Counted from the first letter of the stretch, positions 41,800-52,769 are shown. The stretch is 64,000 nucleotides of DNA from Desulfobacterales bacterium (GCA_963674755.2 CAXXVS010000002.1:1216001-1280000); one strand, 5' to 3'. The notes: generated by a model not told the origin, from the sequence alone. Numbers and translations are program-made.

Positions 41800-43166
41800 T
41801 CATCTTGTGTGTCTTCAGCACGCTGCTTATGCAGGCAGCCCTCCCGGCACGGCGTGTTTCTATCGTCATTATCGGTGCTGCAATCAGCACGGTTATAGTA
41901 GTTCTCAGCGGACGGAGCACCATGGAAGGAGTATATCGAAGTATTCACTGGGACGTATTGCTGATACTGGTCGGGCTCGGTCTCTATACCTCCATACTTG
42001 CCCGAAGTAATGTTTTCGGGGTTACTGCTGCAAAGGCAACGAACATGACTCGGGGTATTGGGTGGATAGTGTTGGGTGCGTTCTCTATAATCATGTTTAC
42101 CGTCAGTGCTTTTCTCAACAACATAACTGCCATATGTCTGATGTTGCCGGTATTCCTGGTTGTTCTCCAGTCTCTGGGGATCACCCAGGGGTACCTCGGT
42201 CTCTTCATGGCGCTGATCCTTACTGCGACAAACCTCGGGGGCGCAGCCAGCCCCATTGGCGATTTTCCTGCCATATTACTTATCAGTGACAAAGCTACAC
42301 AGATGACCTTCGGCAAGTACCTGGTAGCGGCAGCCCCAGCTTGCGTGGTAATCGTGGTATTCGTCGTTGCGGCTTATCTGTTGATATATGCCAGGAAACA
42401 TCGAATAGATGCTACTCCGTTATCCAAGTCCGTATCGGTAACGGTTTCTCAGCTACTCTACCGTAACGTCTCTATTAATTGGAAAATCATGGTTCCAGGC
42501 AGCCTAATCTTCGCAGCAATGGTTGTTTTGTGGGCTTTTTCACCTCCAGGATGGAACATGACTCCTGATTTGGTCTGCCTTGCAGGAGTGTCAGTCTTGA
42601 TGGCTTTTTCGCACTTCATTAGGCCACCTCGTAATTTTGAACAAGCCGGTTTGCCTTTCGTGGAAAGCATTATAAAGCGTGAGACCGATGTGGAATCATT
42701 GTTGTTCCTGGGAGGACTGTTCTTCATGGTTTCGGCTGCTGAGAGCACAGGAATGTTGAAGGCCATTGGCAATCAGCTGCTTGCCCTTTCTGACCAACCA
42801 TTGCTCTGTGTCTCGGTACTCATGCTTATGTCAGGATTATCCACAGCAGTATTCAGCGCCGGTCCTGCGATGGGTGCAATGCTTCCCATCGCGAAGCAAA
42901 TAGCTCCTCTCTATCCCGAAGGGACGGTATACATCGGACTCGCATTGAGTGTGTGTGCTGGATCGAGTTTTCTATTAACAGCCGCCACTTCAGGTCCGTT
43001 GACGCAGACCATTATTGAACGATTTAATTTCTCAACATCTGATGAAAATCCTGGTCGGTTCAATTTTTGGACATTCCTTCCATATGGTTTCCTTTCCTAC
43101 TGCATCATTCAATTGTCCGCTCTGTTATGGATGTTGCTACAACTTTATAAGGGAGGTGTACTGTGA
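41778..43166 (+). CDS. ArsB/NhaD/CitMHS (ion transporter superfamily) permease
   Basis: About 12 TM segments; SAFLNNIT and ATNLGGAASPIGDFPAIL. Confidence 0.85.
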   Translation: MDVSGILIILCVFSTLLMQAALPARRVSIVIIGAAISTVIVVLSGRSTMEGVYRSIHWDVLLILVGLGLYTSILARSNVFGVTAAKATNMTRGIGWIVLGAFSIIMFTVSAFLNNITAICLMLPVFLVVLQSLGITQGYLGLFMALILTATNLGGAASPIGDFPAILLISDKATQMTFGKYLVAAAPACVVIVVFVVAAYLLIYARKHRIDATPLSKSVSVTVSQLLYRNVSINWKIMVPGSLIFAAMVVLWAFSPPGWNMTPDLVCLAGVSVLMAFSHFIRPPRNFEQAGLPFVESIIKRETDVESLLFLGGLFFMVSAAESTGMLKAIGNQLLALSDQPLLCVSVLMLMSGLSTAVFSAGPAMGAMLPIAKQIAPLYPEGTVYIGLALSVCAGSSFLLTAATSGPLTQTIIERFNFSTSDENPGRFNFWTFLPYGFLSYCIIQLSALLWMLLQLYKGGVL

Positions 43167-44947
43167 TCCTTAAGACGGTCGTAAGCATAGCCAACACGGC
43201 GCTTATGGTTGTTAGAGCACTTGAGCGCAGGCAAAAGAGAGCTCTACTAATAGCTTTCCTAATTATGCTCATAACGGGAACCTTGACGAATGTACCCGCG
43301 GTCGTCCTTGGCTATATAGTTGACAAGCTTGTTGGCTCTGAAACTGTACCATTTGAAATGGCGGCTCCTTACCTGCTTGTGATTGTGGCGGCAATCTTGG
43401 CGCGGGAAGCAATGGTTGTCCTCCGGAAATACCTCGTCGAGAATACTTGCACACGGATAGAGAAAATTCGGCTTGTGCGGCTTGTGGACCATATGCTTCG
43501 TCTAGAAATGGACTATTACTCATCTGTCCATGTCGGTGCTCTTAATGGGAGAATTCATCGAAGCATAGAAGGACTAGTACGCATCATCAAACTTCTGTTT
43601 TTGGATCTTTTCCCCACTGGAATAGCAGCCTTGGTCGCCGTCGCTATCGCTATCGTTAAACTGCCCCTGCTCGGAGGCATTATGGCGTTGGCAATCCCTG
43701 TCGGTTTTTTAGTCGTTTTATGGCAGATAAGAAGTCAAGAAGGAATTCGCATCGCTTTACTAAGGGACAAGGAAGCCATAGATGGGAAAGTCGTTGAACT
43801 TCTCTCAGGCATTGAAAGTGTTCGGGCGGCCAACACCGAAACCCACGAAACAAATAGGGTCGATGTTCTTGTCGAAAACCTGCGCAAGAAAGAAATTCGT
43901 CATCACATATCAATGGCTCTATTCGACTGCGTGAAATACCTGAATGAAGGAGCCTTCCATATCGCTGTGATCGCCACCTCTGTCTATCTTGCCACACGCG
44001 GTATTATTTCCACTGGGGATGTTCTGACCTACTCTTTGCTCTTTATTAGCGCAGTGACGCCTCTTCGAGAGATACACAGGATTCTTGATGAAGCCCACGA
44101 AAGCAGTCTTCGTGTCCGCGATTTGCACGATCTCTGTGGCCAGCCCATTGATGACGCATATTCTATAAAATCTTTGACAAGTTCAGAAAATGCACCTTGC
44201 GATATCGCTCCGGCTATCAAAATAGACCGAGTATCGTATAGCTACGGTAATTGCTTGGATGCTCAGCAAAGTATGGTACTGGAGGGAGTTGATCTTGAAG
44301 TTAATCGGGGAGAGGTACTCGGCGTTGCAGGTCCTTCTGGGTGCGGGAAATCCACACTGTTGAAACTTATGCTGGGTCTCTATCATGTTACCGATGGCCG
44401 TATTTCACTGGATGGCAGCCCGATTGAAGCTTTGTCACGTGAGCAGATTGCTAACAAAATCGGATATGTTTCTCAGTTTCCATTCATGTTTGCAGGGACG
44501 ATCCGGGAAAATGTCGCATACGGCTGTAATGAAGTGAGTGAAGAGGATGTATATGAGGCATGTCGGAGAGCGTGCATTCATGATGAAATCATCCGATCCC
44601 TGGGAGGATATAACGGGATCGTCGCCGAAAGAGGTCAGAATCTTAGTGGCGGTCAGCGTCAGCGTCTGGCCATAGCCAGAATTATCCTGCGTAGACCGAG
44701 TATAGTCTTGCTCGACGAGGCGACAGCTGCACTTGACAATATAAACGAAATGGAGGTTCAAAAAGGCCTCGAAGAACTCATGCAGGGCAGAACAGTTATC
44801 GTTGTGGCACATCGCCTGACGACACTACGAAATGCCAACCGGATTCTTGTCCTTAATCAGGGGCATGTCGAAGAAACCGGTACGTATTCTGACCTTCAGA
44901 GTGGAAAGGGATTGTTTGCTGAGTTGGAACACGCTGTCGCCGAATAG
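43163..44947 (+). CDS. ABC exporter, fused permease and ATPase
   Basis: TM domain plus GPSGCGKST, LSGGQRQR, LLDEAT and AHR; GTGA overlap with the previous gene. Confidence 0.93.
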   Translation: MILKTVVSIANTALMVVRALERRQKRALLIAFLIMLITGTLTNVPAVVLGYIVDKLVGSETVPFEMAAPYLLVIVAAILAREAMVVLRKYLVENTCTRIEKIRLVRLVDHMLRLEMDYYSSVHVGALNGRIHRSIEGLVRIIKLLFLDLFPTGIAALVAVAIAIVKLPLLGGIMALAIPVGFLVVLWQIRSQEGIRIALLRDKEAIDGKVVELLSGIESVRAANTETHETNRVDVLVENLRKKEIRHHISMALFDCVKYLNEGAFHIAVIATSVYLATRGIISTGDVLTYSLLFISAVTPLREIHRILDEAHESSLRVRDLHDLCGQPIDDAYSIKSLTSSENAPCDIAPAIKIDRVSYSYGNCLDAQQSMVLEGVDLEVNRGEVLGVAGPSGCGKSTLLKLMLGLYHVTDGRISLDGSPIEALSREQIANKIGYVSQFPFMFAGTIRENVAYGCNEVSEEDVYEACRRACIHDEIIRSLGGYNGIVAERGQNLSGGQRQRLAIARIILRRPSIVLLDEATAALDNINEMEVQKGLEELMQGRTVIVVAHRLTTLRNANRILVLNQGHVEETGTYSDLQSGKGLFAELEHAVAE

Positions 44948-44974
44948 GTCATAAAAGATGCGTCGGGCTTTTGC

Positions 44975-45990
44975 CTATTCGGGGGAAATAAGGAAGCGTG
45001 CCTGCCAACATTTTCCGTCATCTGTCATGCGGAAGGGGTCGCCTTCGATGCGGAAGAAGTCACGCAGGTTTGCTGCCAGGATTTCCCGGCGTTTCTGGTT
45101 CCGCCGGTCGGCTTTGTTGCTGCTCCAGTCCAACACGTCGTGTTCGTCGGCGAAAGCCTCCAACAGTTCCCATTGCTTTGTTGGTTGGCTGTTTTTCTTG
45201 TTGGCCATGCCCATTTGGGCATAATGGAACACACCGGTTGCCGACTTCGCCCTTACCGAAAGAGTATGACGATCCTTCAGCTTGATTGAGACATCGCCCC
45301 ACGCTGCATCGGGAGGGGTCGGGAAAAACACCATACCGCCATCGTCTTTGGGAGGTGGAAGGTTGACCGTTCGAAACGGTTACAAGACCTCATCCAGAGG
45401 GCGAAGGAGGCGAAGTTTGCGTTTCCTGGCGAACCTTACGTTCTCCGATAATGGGATGAACGCCGAGTTTCTATTCGCCAGGAGCTTCTCCGTTTGCGCA
45501 GTGCAAAGATCGCGTGAGGGGGCCAGAAGGATGAACGGGATATCGACCCTTCCCGTCAGGGCATCGACGACACCACCGAGATCTGCGGGCTCCAGTTGGA
45601 TTGTCAGGTAAACGGGAAATCGGAATCCGGCGTATGGCGAGAAGACGCCGATACGTGTCGTTCCATGAAAATCGGTTCGGGAGTCCGTTTCTTTGATCAG
45701 CTTGAAAGTCTCGACTATAGCTGCATCCAAGGCCGCACGGTCCTATACATAAACATAGATGTCGGACCGCTTCAAAAGTAAGTTTTCCTATCCACGCCCG
45801 CATCTGCAGACCGCAATGACGTCCTTCGACTAATTCATGACCACATCGTGCTCAAAGCCGCATCATATATCCTTAGGACAGATTTGAAACGACAACGGTG
45901 GTCAACTCTTCCATCGTGTCGGGGATGTGGTTTTCGGCCTGCATCCGGTCCTCCTTCGCAGAAGACCGCTGGAAGGACCGCTGTGGATGC
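44975..45990 (-). pseudogene. Degraded mobile-element hypothetical gene
   Basis: Fragments 45380-45730 and 44975-45334 (FFPTPPDAAWGDVSI...QWELLEAFA) in different frames; the 5' limit is approximate. Confidence 0.55.
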
Positions 45991-46729
45991 CGTGGGATGA
46001 ACGACATTGGTCAGTAACCGTTGGAGCCCGTCTGGTATCGCTCGAGAACGATGTCACCTGCACCCACTAAGGTCGCCGTTCTCACTGCTGCACCTACTGG
46101 CTGGTGATCAACCTGTAACCGCCCCCCCCTGATCCGGCTTCCGGTTGATACCTACCGGAGGAGGGTGTTTGATTTCGGCGCAAAGGTTTCTGGGAACCAG
46201 GCTTTTAAATTGTCGTATTTAAAAAGGCGAATGTTAGAATCAGGAAAGGTCACTTGCGAATACCGAGTCTGAACCTCCACTGTTGCATCGTAACCCCAAT
46301 CTGAGAGCATAGAAACGCAGAATCGGGATGGATGTGCCCTTCGGCGTAAGTCGGCGAAGACTTGGCAGGAATGGCATGACCCCGTGGGGATCAAACCACG
46401 GGGTCTTGTGTTAAATAAGAACCGCTTAATTCAGCGAATTATTTTTTGGCTCCCCGTGTGCAACCCTCTTCATAACCGTTCTCTTTCTCCTTCAGTTAAC
46501 CGAAAACCTTCAATATCATTCGGTTATCAAAGATCAGGCTTCCGCCGGTGAAGCGGAAGCGGCGTTGAGCCACATTTCCTCTGCATCCGTATCCTCCGCG
46601 AGCAGCCGGTTCCAATTACATGTCAGACCAACTCCAAGACGTCTTCGAGCAAAAGCCTTCGGCCAAATTGCCTTCCACGATATTGATCCAGTAGCGAATG
46701 AACCCTCTGGCCTAAGGTTCTGTTTATGG

Positions 46730-47608
46730 CTAAAGCTCCGAGTGATCAAACGCTTTCCAATTTGCACGATTATCATACACGTCTGATCCTGAGGAGCATA
46801 TATTGATTTCCTCTTGCGATAAATCCAGCATTCCACGAGCGCCGTTGGCAAAAACCACGCGTCTTTTGAGGCACCGATTAGGGCTTTCAACAGCTGAGCT
46901 TAATAGTTCGGATCTTTCAGGATCTTCCTTTTTCCATCGTTCAATCAAATGGCTCGCAACCCGCGGAATGACAAACCCAATATCTTCCTCACGAAATTCC
47001 CATATTCTCGTTTCTAAATCGGAGCCTTCCTCAATTCCCCCCCCTCCTTCATCCATAAATAACCATTCAAATTGAGTTCCATCTTTGTTTTGACGCTCAA
47101 GGCCCTCAAATTTTATATTTAAAAATTCAACAATCCTCTCAACCTTCTTTTTTGAAACGCTTGCTTTTTTGGCTATTTGTGAAATGTCTGGCTTTCCGTC
47201 TTCCCGGTTTTCAAGCGTACCTATTTTTGATAAGTCGTCCATGGCCTTGACAACCGTAGAGGCATTCTTTCTTAACTCCGATGGCAAACCTATCAGCGAC
47301 CAGTACTCGATACGAATTGCACTCTTAATAAACTCTGTTGCATATGTCATTAGACGATTGCCTCGCGATGGTTCAAACGTTTCATACGCCCGGAGGAGGC
47401 CTTGATTAGCGGCTATCACAAGGTCGTCGAATATTTCTTGTCCCGCCGTCTTACCCTTTAAATATTTACCCACTAATTTCCTGATTTGTCGTTGAAGCTT
47501 CTTCCATAACTCTTCCCGTGCATAAGAATCTCCTGCCTTTGCGCGGGAAATCAGTTGAATTTCCTCTTCAAGAGAATAATTGTCATTCTTTTTAGGCGAG
47601 TCAGACAT
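46730..47608 (-). CDS. Divergent sigma-70-family RNA polymerase sigma factor
   Basis: EEEIQLISRAKAGDSYAREEL; region 2 DLVIAANQGLLRAYETFEPSRGNRLMTYATEFIKSAI; region 3 PDISQIAKKASVSKKKV. Region 4 not recognisable. Confidence 0.8.
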   Translation of the reverse strand: MSDSPKKNDNYSLEEEIQLISRAKAGDSYAREELWKKLQRQIRKLVGKYLKGKTAGQEIFDDLVIAANQGLLRAYETFEPSRGNRLMTYATEFIKSAIRIEYWSLIGLPSELRKNASTVVKAMDDLSKIGTLENREDGKPDISQIAKKASVSKKKVERIVEFLNIKFEGLERQNKDGTQFEWLFMDEGGGGIEEGSDLETRIWEFREEDIGFVIPRVASHLIERWKKEDPERSELLSSAVESPNRCLKRRVVFANGARGMLDLSQEEINICSSGSDVYDNRANWKAFDHSEL

Positions 47609-47610
47609 CT

Positions 47611-49044
47611 TTAGCACTCCACCGTTGTATCTGGCCCAAATAGGAATAGCCTCGCTGGTTCATAAGATTTCCATCGCTCAAGGCGTGCTTCGGGGTCTGG
47701 GCCGAATTCGATGTCCTTATCCATAACAATCCCTTGCAATATCTGACGTTCTCCAATTGTCATAACCGAGCCGTCTAATACATCCTTGGGTTGAAAATGC
47801 AAATTCTCCCTCAACCATTTACGCCAGCTCCCATCTATTTTATTTGCCCTGAGTTTTGCATCATCAAGGTGCCACGGTAAGGGAAACGGGCCGGATGGAA
47901 TAGGATAGAATAAAAGGAGAATATCGTCTTCTTCGAGCGTCGGATATAGAGACTGAGTCCTTGATTTACCATCTCGTGTTACGCTTCTCATACCAGTCGC
48001 ATCGATGAACAGGAGTTGCCGTTTGAGCAGCCTTCGTATCAAAAACAGAGCAGCCCAACGCCGCACAGCTTTTTCTTCCTGGGTACAGCTATACTTTCTT
48101 ATCTCGGACACCACCTTAGAGGTGCATTCATATGCTTTGTTGTTCTTGTTGCGGCTACGATTAGTCTCCTTCAGGCCAAATTTGGGTTTAAGGGATATAT
48201 ATTCCTCCTTTGATTGATCTTCTAAATGTAAATTCGAAAACATAGCATGTTCATCCATCAAGACATCGTTGTTATAGGTAGACCATATCACCTTTGCTAT
48301 ATTCTCCGCAGCAATAAAATTTTCGTGACCGATCTTTGTTTTTAATAGGCCCTCGGCCCATTCTTTGGGGTCACTGTCATTGAAGAAGAAAAGACCGTTG
48401 ATAGGGAGCGTCCTAAAGCCATGCGGTGATTTAATTCGTATGTTAACATCGCAACTACCATCCAATATTTCAAATAAATCAGCCGGTGGAATAACGAGGT
48501 GCCCCTCTTCGTATAGAGTTTCAATTCTGGTTTGCAGGTGTGGTAGCCCAACACGCAGAATATTTTCCCACGAACGTTCCAGTCCACCAAGGTTTTGCTC
48601 AAAGCGCGCACCAACAAAAGGTTCAGATAGGGTGTGAAGAGTTATGACTCCTGGTTCCCTACTCAAGCTCTCCAAATAGGCAGTAGTTGGAACTAGGGCA
48701 CTCGGATGCCGATGGGTAAGGCATGAGTATAGAGAAGATATAATTAGCCCATTGAAGTTCTTACTATCACTCTGAGGCGATTCATCCCCTGGGAATCTTG
48801 ATAAATCGTAGTCTGTCACCAAGATTTCACATGGTAAAATAGACGTGTCTTTTTTAAACCAAAAGTCCTTTAGATGTGGGACGAAGTTTGTCGCAGTCGG
48901 AAACATGAAGTCCGCTGCATATGGTCCTTGGCTTGTCGGTCGGGGATCAACGATTTCAAAAGTATTTCGGAACTTATCTGGCAATTCGCTCTCTGGAAAT
49001 CCCTCGTGTTGGTCGCTGATCCAAAGAATGCGTACTTTATTCAT
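47611..49044 (-). CDS. Divergent response-regulator receiver plus an unknown C-terminal domain
   Basis: ILWISDQ, ILVTDYDL (putative phosphoacceptor Asp), FNGLII and ALVPTTAY; overlaps the upstream gene by 8 bp. Confidence 0.6.
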   Translation of the reverse strand: MNKVRILWISDQHEGFPESELPDKFRNTFEIVDPRPTSQGPYAADFMFPTATNFVPHLKDFWFKKDTSILPCEILVTDYDLSRFPGDESPQSDSKNFNGLIISSLYSCLTHRHPSALVPTTAYLESLSREPGVITLHTLSEPFVGARFEQNLGGLERSWENILRVGLPHLQTRIETLYEEGHLVIPPADLFEILDGSCDVNIRIKSPHGFRTLPINGLFFFNDSDPKEWAEGLLKTKIGHENFIAAENIAKVIWSTYNNDVLMDEHAMFSNLHLEDQSKEEYISLKPKFGLKETNRSRNKNNKAYECTSKVVSEIRKYSCTQEEKAVRRWAALFLIRRLLKRQLLFIDATGMRSVTRDGKSRTQSLYPTLEEDDILLLFYPIPSGPFPLPWHLDDAKLRANKIDGSWRKWLRENLHFQPKDVLDGSVMTIGERQILQGIVMDKDIEFGPDPEARLERWKSYEPARLFLFGPDTTVEC

Positions 49045-51292
49045 TAAAATCCCCCATACTTATGCCTCTAATCCATAAGGCAGTCTCGAACCAAAATCCA
49101 CCCCCTTGAGTAACAGGAAGAATGCGATAAAATAAATCTCCTATCTCCACACCACGAATTGTATCAATTGCCAATCCAGGCCCGCTGTGAACAATGTTTT
49201 CCGGCCACTTCTTCCAGATGTCGGTTCGAGCCAGGTAACCATTTGAAGATTTGCCCGCTATAACCTCATCTTTCAGAAGGCCCCTTTGTAATGGCGGTGA
49301 ATCAATATAGTTTCGAAATATTAGAACAGGAATACTTTCATTATCGATTTCTATAGTGTCTCCAGAAACTTCAACTATCTTAATCAATTTACGATACTTA
49401 CCTTGCCGACCCTCCTCCTTTGTAATATGTCCGTGCTTTGCAATATTCCTAAACAACTCTGTAACGATGGACGTAATCATGCATTGGCGAACCAGCCAAT
49501 ATTGGTTATTTTCCTTAAAGGTTCGGATCGTTATAGGTGTACGACATAAAAATTCCAATTGTACTTCAATGAAATAGTCGTCTAAGATTCCGTCGTGATC
49601 GAGATACCTAACTCCTGAAGCAAGCATACGGCATCTCTCTAATATTACCTTTATTTCCTTTCTCGAGGCACTATCATTTGTATTTAGTAGAAATTTATTT
49701 ACCTTATCATTATTAAGCAATTCTTGAAGACTATCAAAGATCGATGCCTGCAATAGTGTTAAATGGTCTTTAAGAAAAAAAGTGGCATTTTCAGCCATCT
49801 GTTCTGCAACATCCTTAGTCTTATCTTCACGTTTTTGAAAATATTTTGCTATTTCCCCAAGTGTTGTACCAAGAGAATGTCCGAGGTGTACAATAGCGCT
49901 TTCTTTGGATCGTACTCTGGCCCAAATATGTGCGTCGGTACGTTTCCGGATCTCGTCCATCATTTTAGCGATTTTTGTCGGAGAGTCATCCGGTCCGGTA
50001 AACGGAGATGGGTACATTGCTTCGATTAGAGTCTTAAAATAGTCGTTCTTTCGAAGGTTTGGATTGGTTACTACCATAGATCTGAAGTAACTGTAGATTA
50101 GAAGGTCTAGGGCAAAGGAGTATCGGGCGAAGGCTTTCCAGAGGGGCCTATACCACACCACGTTCTCGATGCAAGGGGTCAGGATGTAAAGGATAGACAT
50201 ATTTCCGTTGAGGCCTGGCCTTCTGACATAAAAGACCGTGAATCCCCTCTTGTATTGAACACTGTCATTTAAAAGAGTCGGAAAATGTCGCTCGCAACTT
50301 GTTTTAACAGATATCTCGCTGGCTCTGTCCCAATCGGCCTCATAATGCAGGATGCCTTCATTGTCGTGAATTTCATCCGAGAGCAGCATCTGGGTAATAG
50401 CAGACGAGTCTATATCGTATTCGAATTTAAGTACCGGTTCGGCATCCTCGTCCGGCTTTGCACTGAAGGTCGCGAATATCGTCGCCACTCTATTGACGCA
50501 ATCGGATAATATCAGACCTGTAAATCCTTTTATTCTTTTGTCGTCGCTAATAAAACTCTTTTTTTCCTCAGGCGGGAAGCTTTTTACGAATGTATCATCA
50601 AAGATATCAAGAAAATGCCAAACTTGCTTGTAGAGCCGCTTGTTGAGATCGAGGTTCTGGTCCTCAAGGCGTTTAGGTGGAACCGGCTTAAAAATGTAAC
50701 CGTCGCGCTTTGAGTAGCCATATCGATGGGCCTCACGTGGGGCAAGGTACTGCTCGCGCAATTTCATAAAAACAAACGCGTGAGACCCTTCCCCCCAGAA
50801 GTCATCCAATCGGTGCGTGAAGCGATATCCTCGACTTTCGTGAAACCTATGAGATTCTAACCAGTTACAACCGAGTATCTCTTTACCATCTTCATTCGCG
50901 ATCCTTGTGTCTTCCGTACAGCTCATGCCCATAATTCTGTATACCTGACAATCTCCTTCAAACAGGTCTTTTTCAAAAAAGTCATACAGTTCCTCCATCG
51001 ACTTTCTATGCCTTGGGCGGCAGCCGACCCAAAGTAATTCAGCTTGTCGGCAGCTAATGACTGCGACACAAAAAGCATCGATTATGTATCGATCATTAAA
51101 ATACCCATAAAAACGATGGAGTTTCGCATCTTCAGGAATTATATCACGTGCTGTTTCAGGAAAGAAATATTTGGAACGTTTCAACCCGATCTCCGTGACC
51201 TGACGCATGTAATCATTCCATCGCTTAAGCCCATCCGCAGTTTGAGCCAAGTTAACATAGGAGATGTAATTGCACCCGGGCTTTAGAGTCAT
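49037..51292 (-). CDS. GNAT domain fused to a divergent histidine kinase-like module
   Basis: GNAT-like AELLWVGCRPRHRK and SHRFHESRGY...DDFWGEGSHAFVFMK; H-box-like HLGHSLGT; N-box IVTELFRNIAKHG; G2-like SGPGLAI. Confidence 0.6.
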   Translation of the reverse strand: MTLKPGCNYISYVNLAQTADGLKRWNDYMRQVTEIGLKRSKYFFPETARDIIPEDAKLHRFYGYFNDRYIIDAFCVAVISCRQAELLWVGCRPRHRKSMEELYDFFEKDLFEGDCQVYRIMGMSCTEDTRIANEDGKEILGCNWLESHRFHESRGYRFTHRLDDFWGEGSHAFVFMKLREQYLAPREAHRYGYSKRDGYIFKPVPPKRLEDQNLDLNKRLYKQVWHFLDIFDDTFVKSFPPEEKKSFISDDKRIKGFTGLILSDCVNRVATIFATFSAKPDEDAEPVLKFEYDIDSSAITQMLLSDEIHDNEGILHYEADWDRASEISVKTSCERHFPTLLNDSVQYKRGFTVFYVRRPGLNGNMSILYILTPCIENVVWYRPLWKAFARYSFALDLLIYSYFRSMVVTNPNLRKNDYFKTLIEAMYPSPFTGPDDSPTKIAKMMDEIRKRTDAHIWARVRSKESAIVHLGHSLGTTLGEIAKYFQKREDKTKDVAEQMAENATFFLKDHLTLLQASIFDSLQELLNNDKVNKFLLNTNDSASRKEIKVILERCRMLASGVRYLDHDGILDDYFIEVQLEFLCRTPITIRTFKENNQYWLVRQCMITSIVTELFRNIAKHGHITKEEGRQGKYRKLIKIVEVSGDTIEIDNESIPVLIFRNYIDSPPLQRGLLKDEVIAGKSSNGYLARTDIWKKWPENIVHSGPGLAIDTIRGVEIGDLFYRILPVTQGGGFWFETALWIRGISMGDFNE

Positions 51293-52755
51293 CTTATGTT
51301 CCGTTTTGAGATTAAGGCCGGCAGGGATAGAATGATTAATACGACCATGCCAGAGACCAGCGCGGTTACCGGTGCATTATACAACCAGTTCGACGAGCCG
51401 CTGAATTTTCCATAGAGAGCGCTGGCCCATCCCCCAAAAAATCCGACCAAAATCGATGCTCCAGCGGCTAAACGTGCTTGCGGAAGCGCAATCCTGCGAG
51501 CAAAAAACAGTGAAAAAAAGACGGCAGGGAACATGGCCAGCTGTGCCCCATAAATGGCGAAAACCAGCTGAACGACATCGAACTGCAGAAAATGCAGTGC
51601 TGTAAAGACAATGAACGAAACAACAGCAATGAGCGCCATCGCAGTGCGAGCCTTGCGCATAACTGGTTGGGGGTCAGCGCTATCGGGATTCAATTTCATG
51701 ATATCGATTGAAAAAATCTGGCCCGTAACGATGAGTAGACTGTCTGCTGTGGATATCATGGCACTGAAAAGGCCGAGCACGAACAGGAAAAGGAGAATGA
51801 TGAACAATGGTCCGGAAGTCGAGAACACTTCCATGATATAGTTAATCAAGGGCTTTTGAGAAGCGTTAAAGCCCTGAGAAGCGGCAACCCTCCAGTAGTA
51901 ACAGGCAAACAGGATGATAAAGGCCCACAATGCCGCGAAGGACGGGGCAATCTGAAGAAGACCCCTTTTAGCGGTATGGATGTCCTTAGTCGAACAAAGG
52001 CGCTGCCAGGTTCCTGCATCGCTGATGGGTGCAGGCAGATTCATGACTGCCACTCCTATGATGAAGGGCCAGGCCGGGACCCATGACTTAGCCATCGAGG
52101 ACAGGATCATCGGGATATTGATGTCAGGAGCACGTTGGGTGTGAACGACAGCTAGCATAAACAGAGAGAAAAGCCCGATGATGATGAATCTCAGCTGCCA
52201 GCGGTCCGTGGCTACAATTGCCCTATAGCCACTCATTAGCGAGTAAATGATGATGAAAACCAGGTAGACCAACGCGAAGGCCAGCACCTTCTCTCCGAGG
52301 AATGGCTGGAGCACGGTGACACCGACAAGCAGCTCCATGCTGAAGATGCTGATATAGCCGATCAGAGAAAAGAACAGCGCGATATATTTAACACTGGAGC
52401 TGTCATAGCTCTTGCCAAGATAGGCCTGAATCGTGTCATTCTGGGGATTTGCTTCCATGATTCGATTTGCACAGAGGTACAGCAAAAGGAAACTGAGAGA
52501 ATACGAGACAACACAAACGAAAAGTGTGATGCCCATCAGTGGCGCAAAGTTTATAAAAGCGATGATCACTGTTGCCAGAGACATTCCCGCTGCAATTGTA
52601 GTGGAACGGTATTGTCCAGTTGAAATCAAACGTTTTAGAGGAAAGAAATCTCGAATATTCAGGATTTTTTTGCGCTCGCGTAAAGCTACGGAGAAATAGA
52701 GGATGGCTGGCAGCAACACTGCTGCGAATACTGCGATATAAGCAAATGCATTCAT
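51289..52755 (-). CDS. Sodium:solute symporter (SSS) family transporter
   Basis: About 13 TM segments; YSLMSGYRAIVATDRWQ, WQRLCS and FSAMISTADS; ATGA overlap with the next gene. Confidence 0.85.
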   Translation of the reverse strand: MNAFAYIAVFAAVLLPAILYFSVALRERKKILNIRDFFPLKRLISTGQYRSTTIAAGMSLATVIIAFINFAPLMGITLFVCVVSYSLSFLLLYLCANRIMEANPQNDTIQAYLGKSYDSSSVKYIALFFSLIGYISIFSMELLVGVTVLQPFLGEKVLAFALVYLVFIIIYSLMSGYRAIVATDRWQLRFIIIGLFSLFMLAVVHTQRAPDINIPMILSSMAKSWVPAWPFIIGVAVMNLPAPISDAGTWQRLCSTKDIHTAKRGLLQIAPSFAALWAFIILFACYYWRVAASQGFNASQKPLINYIMEVFSTSGPLFIILLFLFVLGLFSAMISTADSLLIVTGQIFSIDIMKLNPDSADPQPVMRKARTAMALIAVVSFIVFTALHFLQFDVVQLVFAIYGAQLAMFPAVFFSLFFARRIALPQARLAAGASILVGFFGGWASALYGKFSGSSNWLYNAPVTALVSGMVVLIILSLPALISKRNIR

Positions 52756-52769
52756 TCTTCTATATCTCC

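Noticed and set aside
46378..46405. Hairpin GACCCCGTGG/CCACGGGGTC as an IS200/IS605 or REP end
   Set aside because: Single copy with no tnpA, tnpB or RAYT gene nearby; it could equally be a terminator for the CDPS operon.
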